Shown here piece by piece: positions 52,496 through 64,000 of a stretch of DNA of 64,000 nucleotides. The first letter of the stretch is position 1. Every line of letters begins with the position of its first letter. The notes under the pieces are model-generated. The model saw only the letters and a program-made list of their open reading frames with translations. It did no database searches and had not been told where the DNA came from. The position numbers and the translations under genes are program-made. The DNA comes from Salpingoeca rosetta (Eukaryota; Protista; Choanoflagellata): positions 1,596,287-1,660,286 of the forward strand of contig JAWQFM010000008.1 of NCBI GenBank assembly GCA_033442325.1. Reading direction: 5' to 3'.

Positions 52496-54619
52496 CTGTG
52501 TGATTTTGTTGTTCTGGACGCGGTAGAGGAGAGCGAGGTCTACTGTTGGCGGGTGGACGGTGTACCCAATGTGCGAAAAACACGGGCCCTCCCCCTTGCG
52601 GTAGAAGTCGAGCGCAAACTGCACACGCCCGCACGTGCACATATATGCGGTAGTGGTGATAATGAGGTGGAATGACGATCGAGTAGTGCCTTGAGGTCTT
52701 TGAGTGGCACAAAATATCGTTCACATGCGCATGCACACACACACACACATACACACACATACACACACGCACACAAACACGTGCTTGCACAAGCGCAGAG
52801 GGCAGCACGCACCGTTGGGTCAGTTGGACGGTTGCTCTCGACAAAGAGGCGTTTGCATGGCTTTGCCGGCCACGGGCGCGTCATCTTGAAGTTGTTCTGG
52901 AGATCGGCACCACTCACAAGCCGCTCTAGTTAACCGTGCACACACACACACACACGCACGTACAAAAGGCGGCGAAGGTGGTGATGATGATGATGGTGGT
53001 GGTGGTGGTGTGAAAGAGCAGGATGTGAGCTGGTGGAGAGGAAGATTGAACGCCACGCACAAGACCTGGACGTCACACTGATGCATGCACACACATGCAC
53101 ACATGCACACACACATGAGCGCCACGCACCCCTGCGCACGAGGCCACGGAGTTCAAAGGACGTTGTGTCAAAGAGCTCCAGCAGCTCCTTCACGCGAGTG
53201 TTTGCGTTGTTGTTTGCCGTCCACACCTCCAGGAACCGATCAACAACCTGCAGCGCACACAAGCACCACGTCGTCGCATCCACGTGAGCACGTGCCTCCA
53301 CAACCCATGCAGAGAAGATATCATACACACACACACAACACGCACACACACAAAACACACAACACAACACAACACACACACAACGCAACACACACACAAC
53401 GCAACACAACACACAACGCAATACAACACAACATACACACATACAAAGCATGCGACTTACGAGCGGGGCAGAGAGGTTGAACATGGGGTCGGTGGCAGCA
53501 ACATCGCCACCGCTGCCAGCACCACTGCCACTGTGGCCGTGCTTTGTGGGCTCCCTCGACCTGCTACGCCGCTCCCGTCCTCGGTCCTCGTGACGCCCCC
53601 GCTCGCGGTGCCGCTCACGCCTCTCGTCCCGCCGTCGATCGTCGTGTCTGCGATGGCGGTCATCGCGGCTGTACCGGCGCCGGGGACTGCGGCTGCGGCT
53701 GCGATACCGGCGTCTCCTCCTTGGGCTGCGACTCCGGCTGCGGCTGCGGCTGCGGCTGTCATGGTGCCGTCTGCGCCTGCTGCTGGACTCGCGATGTCGA
53801 CTCCCGCGCCGATGTGGACTCCTGCTCCTGCTTCTGTGTCTGTGTCGGTCTCTGCTGCTGGAGCGGTCTCGTGCCTTGGTCGTGGCTCGCCTACTGTCAT
53901 CGCTTCTCTGCCGTGATGTTGGCTCTGTTGTCTTTGCCGCGAAGTCCTGTGCCTCCTTCTCTTCCTTCTCTTCCTTCTCCTTTGCCTGCTGCGCAGCCAG
54001 CGCCTGTTTCTGTGCCTCGGCTTGCTGCTTCCTTGCCTCAAACGCCTGTCAGTGCGTGCGTGTGTGTGCGTGTGTGTGTGCGTGTCGGCGTGTTGGTGTG
54101 TGCGTGAGGAAAGCGGGGAGAGAGGGAGAGGGAGACGAGATGCGATGGACTGGAGTGTGTCAAACCACACAACACCACGAGAGCGCTTCACGAAACACTA
54201 GCAATACACATGTACAGCCACAACCACAACCACAACCACACACCACACACCACACACCACACACCACACACCACACACCACACACCACACACCACACACC
54301 ACACACCACACACCACAACCACAACCACAACCACACACAAGCAACACACACACACTCTCTCTCTCTCATGCACCTTCATCATCTGTGCCAATTCGTCCCC
54401 GCGGCCGTAGGGATCCACGTAATCATCACCCACATCCCCACCACCGCCACTGCCGCTCTCTTTCTTCCTCGCCTGCTCCTGCTGCTCCTGTTCCTGCTCC
54501 TCCTCTTTCTTCTTCTTCTCTGCCTCTGCCTTTGCCTTCCGCTCCTCAAACTCCTTCATGGAGCGAGCGAGCGCATCATCCTCGCCCCAAGGGTTGAGGT
54601 ACTCATCACTGTCACCCAT
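51820..54619 (-). CDS. Hypothetical protein: coiled-coil N-terminus, RS/RD-rich middle, possible NTF2/SnoaL-like C-terminal domain
   Basis: Spliced exons MGDSDEYLNPWGE.., RDRHRHRSRSRS.., VVDRFLEVWTAN..LLELFD.., FALDFY..LALLYRVQNNKITQ, ..NIPVIG*. Confidence 0.65.
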
Positions 54620-55017
54620 GTCCACGGTTTGCACAAATTGCACCACTGCCAACGGGTGCAATTTACAATTTTCCCTGCAAATCCCACGTTCACCATCAAG
54701 GGTGCTTTTTGCAACGCAACCCACCTTGGGCCACTCAAAGCCACACACGCGCTGCTGCCGCTGCTTTCAGCCTTTTTCGCTTGTTTGTGGCGTGTGCGGC
54801 AACCGAGCGTGTGGAGCGAGGCAGGCAATCAAGCGTGCACGCCACCGACAGCAACTGTTCCAGGTTGTGAGCACACCACAGCAGCCAACACAGCAGCACA
54901 CCACAGCAGCCAACACAGCAGCCAACACAGCAGCCAACCCATCCACTCCACTCATCCTTCCATCAACCCATCAACCCAACATACACACACATTCACACAC
55001 ACACACACACATTCATT

Positions 55018-56720
55018 ATGAGCGTCCCCAGCGCACGCGCAGTCGCTTGGCTGCGACAACAGGTCCGTGCACCTGTGCCCAGCATGGCCCGCTCACTGCG
55101 CCTCAGCAGCTCAACCGCAGCAGCCACCGCGGCCACAGCGCCACCCTTCCAGTCCTGCATGACCTGTCAGGCAAGAAGGCGGCTTGTTACCACCACTTCC
55201 AGGCACGACCCTGCCAGCACCATGTTCCTGCGCCCTCGCACCACAGGCAGTGCTGCTGCTGCTGCTGCAGACGCGTCGTGGACCCCAGTCAATGGCGCCG
55301 CAAGCAGTGCAGGCAGCCACCGATACTGCAGAAACCCGCACGCCCACCACATGCACGCCATGGGCGGGGCAGGCGCGCTAGTGCAACCGGCAAGCACCCA
55401 ACACCACGCCATCACACACCACGTCTCATCCTCACACAACCACAACAACCACCAGCGACGACAGGCACACAGCCAGCAACAAGAGGTCGAGGTCGGCGAC
55501 GACCTGCTCCACCTCTTCAGGTCACAGCAGACCCGCTTCCAATACCAACAGCAGCAGCAGCAGCACGAGTACGCAGTAGGCAACGAGTCCCAGGGCTGGC
55601 ACCGCCAAGAACTTGCCCGTCTTCGAAGGCCAAAACAGCTCAGGCTCTGTAAGTGTTGGTGCTGGCGTTGTTGCTGGTGATTGCGACGAATGGTAGATTG
55701 GTGGCTGTGTTGGTCAGAATGTGGTATGTGTGCTTGTTTGGATGTATGTGTTTGTGTTTGTGTTTGTGGATGTGGATGTTGCCGTTTGTGTTCCGTCTGT
55801 GGCTTGCTGCTTTGTGTTGGCTCGGTCGTCTGTGTTGCGGTCCGTGGCTTTCTCTATGACGCTCACACATTCCTTGCCCACTTGACATGTGTGGCGTCGC
55901 GCTCGCGCTTGCGTTGCTGTGGCACTACCAGCCTCAGAGCTGTATACACATGCGGCGGATGTGCTGCGCGCTGCCGGTATCGACCTCTCCAACAGTGATT
56001 TCGACCACGCGGCACCCATTCTCCAGCCCATCCTCGCCATGCCCGGTGCGTGCTTGCATGCAGTGCTGGTCTGTGCCTGTGTTTGTTTGTTTGTTTGTGT
56101 GTATGTGTGTGTGTCTGTCTGTCTGTCTGTGTCTGTGTGTGCGTGTGTGTCTGTGTCCGTGTGCGTGTGTGTGTGCGTGCGTGTGTGTGTGTCTGTGCAT
56201 GCATGCAGCCATGCTCAGCCATGTGGCAGTGGCTGGCATGCAAGAAGGTAGTGCACATTGTCTTGTTATTATCATCACACACACCCTCCCTTACACCTTC
56301 TGCCCTGCCGTTGTCTGACTGTACTCTCACGCCATCCTGCCCAATGTGCATGTGGCTCTACAGCGGAGCGGATGCAGGCTGTGCTGCGCTTCTTCTCCGA
56401 CCCGACCTTTGGCTGCCCCGGCAAGTGGCTGGAGCACCTGCTGGCCAAGCACCCGGAGGCGCTGGCGGCCTTTGACCCTGATGTCGCCGCCAGCAACCTC
56501 CGCTTTGCCAAGGAAATCGACCTCAAGTGCTTCCCCTCCCTGGTAAGACACCGAGAAACGCAGGCAATGCACTCGTCGCTGCGCCTTGCAGAGTTGACTT
56601 TGGTGGCGTGTGGTGTTGCTGCCATTACTACCATTACTACTGTTGCGTGAATGAGTGGGCTTGTGGTATCATTGATACTCAACAATTGCCCTTGTCATCT
56701 TCGTCCTCGCCATTGCGTGC

Positions 56721-56766
<46 letters not shown>

Positions 56767-57209
56767 CAGGTGCATGACGTGCCGCGCCGCATGACATCAC
56801 AAGAGGACCTCAAGGACTTTTTCGATGCCTTCGAGGAGCTCGGCCTCTCGTACGAGACAACGGTGAGCGTGTCGCTGCAGTGTCGATGCAGTGTGGTGTA
56901 TCGTCACTGTGGCTGCTGGTGGATGCAATTTCAGTCGCCCTCGCGCCCTGCTCGACACACGTACACGCACACGCACAGCCCAAGCAGCTCTTCGTGCCCC
57001 TCACAGTCACGTGTGTGCTTTGTGCTATTTAGAAAACGGTGCTTGTGCCGTCCGCGCAGCGGAGTCTGTTTGGATATTCGCGCAGTCCGCGGCAGTTTAT
57101 CGACCGCCTGGCTGCCCTGCGCCGTTACTTTGGCTCAGACCTCCTCGAGCCAACCCTCGCACAGCAGCCCCAGCTCATCCTGTGCGTGCACCGTCATGAA
57201 AGTTGGCTG

Positions 57210-57243
<34 letters not shown>

Positions 57244-57928
57244 GGTGGTGGTGGTGTGCGGCTGTGTATGTGTGTTGTTGTTGTTGTTGATGCTGATGTT
57301 GTTGTTGTCATCTCCAGTCTTGCTGCTTCCCTCTCTTGTCATCAAGTGGCCTCTTTTCGGGCAGCACATATGCGCACGACGGCCACTCACCGCATTTCCA
57401 CGGATTGTGCATGAATGTGTGGGTGTGTGTGTGCATGTGTGTCAACGCCAGGTTGAGTCTGCAGACGCTTGTGGCGCGGCTGGCCATTCTCTCCATTGCC
57501 GGCGTCTACCAGCACGCCATCCAAAACCCCTCGTCGCCAGTGGTGCGCCCTCACTTGTGTTGTCTGTGCGTCTGTGTGTCTGTGTGTGTGTGATGTCATG
57601 TCGCTCCAAACGCCATCAACGCATGCGCCGTGCTTATGAGCAGCTAGCCAAGTCGTCGTTGCCGCCCTGCCCTCATCCCTCCTCACTGCAAACGATTGTA
57701 CGCGTGACTGTGCTGTGCTTCCAGATGCGTGGCCTGCTGTCGCTGCTGTGCACGGGCGTGAAGGACTTTGTTGCCAAGACAGGTATCCCCGAGACGGAGT
57801 ACCAGCAGGTGCTGGGCATCGCTCGTCGCATCATCCGCAGCCGCCACCCAGACATCCAGGTACACCCACTGACGATGGTGGTGGCAGTGGCAGTGGTGGA
57901 GATGCAACGGTCGCTTTGTCAGCGTGAC

Positions 57929-57965
<37 letters not shown>

Positions 57966-58174
57966 TTGTGGCGTTGTGGCGTTGTGGCCATTTCTGTTGT
58001 TTGCTTTGCGGACCATTCGTGTGGTGTCATGGCCATACTCACTCACCACTCACTCGCACCACCTTGGCCTGACCTTGCTCGTGTGATTGCCTCTCTGCTT
58101 GGCGTGCGTAGGAAATGATTGATGAGATGGACTTTACCCCCACCTTCAAGACACCTTCTGTGCAGCCGCTCTAA
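55018..58174 (+). CDS. Probable mitochondrial mTERF-like helical-repeat protein
   Basis: Arg/Ala/Ser-rich transit-like N-terminus; repeats such as LEHLLAKHPEAL..NLRF and LAQQPQLIL; terminal LVARL..LLSLLCTGVKDFV..EY pattern. Confidence 0.55.
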
Positions 58175-58711
58175 ATGGTGGTGCTGGTGATGATGACAGT
58201 AGTGTAACCTCCGCTGGCCCTGTGACGTGTGGCTTGTCGGGCTGCATGTTGTCGTCGTCGTCGTCGTATTTGCTTCGTATTTGCTTTGTACTTGCTTCGT
58301 GTGCCCCCCCCCCACCAACTTATCTCGGCCTCAACTAGCGCAGCCAGCTTTTGTCTATCTCGACTTGCTTCGCGCCCTTGCTTGTTCTTTCTATCGATAC
58401 CTCCCCCTCCCCCGCTGCTTCCTCCTCTCCTCGCTCCCTTGTCTTTGTATCCCCCCCCCCTTCTCTCTTCTCTTCTCTTTGCCTTGCGTGCGTGCGTGCG
58501 TGCGTGCTTATGCCACGCCCTGTCTGTGAACATGTGACGTGTGCTGCTGTTCAGCACCTCTCAAATGGACAGTGAACGGACAACTTTGATGCGAGAGCGA
58601 GTCCAGGCAGCGAGGGAGTGAGTTGTGACGATATGAGGCGAGTACACACGTCCCCCATGGTTCATTCCCCCATCCTACCTCGTCTTCATCAACCACACCA
58701 AACCACCAAAG

Positions 58712-61160
<2,449 letters not shown>

Positions 61161-61267
61161 CCGAAGCGGTTGTTTGATTTTGTCTGTCGGTGTGCCTGTC
61201 CGTGTCTGTGTGTATCTTGATATGTGTGTGCTGTGTGTCTGTGTGCCTGTCCGTGTCTGTGTGTGCT

Positions 61268-61299
<32 letters not shown>

Positions 61300-61614
61300 C
61301 TGTGTGTGTGTCTGTGTCTGTGTCTGTGTCTGTGTGCCTGTGTCTGTGTGTGTGTCTGTGTGTAACAACTGCCCATGGTACTTTGATGTCTCTCCCACCC
61401 GTTACGGTCGTGTTACGGCGTGTGTATGATAAGTAAAGCGTTGACGCTGCACTGTCAGCACAATGCAATCAATCGACCATGAGCGGGCGAGAGGGCTGAA
61501 GAGCCTCCAACGAAACACGAGTGAAAGCAAACAAGAGTCAGAAAGCGTCATGGCGAAAGTGTCGTGGTATATCCTTGTTGTGTGGTGTGGCTGTGTGATG
61601 TGACTTGTGGTTGA

Positions 61615-64000
<2,386 letters not shown>

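Noticed and set aside
51820-54619. Cactin or canonical SR protein call
   Set aside because: No Cactin motifs or RRM could be identified.

Overview
Eukaryotic, intron-rich genomic DNA with (CA)n/(TG)n microsatellites in almost every intron and five N-gaps. The style resembles the choanoflagellate Salpingoeca rosetta, but that is inference only. Most ORF-track entries are microsatellite noise, so genes were rebuilt by hand from GT..AG junctions and codon phase. Housekeeping or lineage genes found: a PNPase-like gene, PSMB2, a SAC9-like protein, WDR46/UTP7, an intronless vWA protein, TMEM18, an FRS2-like PTB adaptor, head-to-head PPIL1/PPIL3, an RS-rich protein, an mTERF-like protein, a DCR2/PAP16-like metallophosphoesterase and an LRR protein. 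The standout is a 15-exon minus-strand gene (14655->8275, about 1140 aa, phase-consistent at every junction). It fuses a complete EXO1/XPG-family 5' nuclease to a complete Fanzor (eukaryotic TnpB-like RNA-guided RuvC nuclease), and the catalytic residues of both appear intact. About 220 nt downstream is a ~185-nt multi-hairpin non-coding segment that is a good omegaRNA candidate. The locus is flanked by a bacterial-like 2OG-Fe(II) oxygenase, a disrupted UTP20 copy and a co-oriented Tc1/IS630-like transposase remnant.
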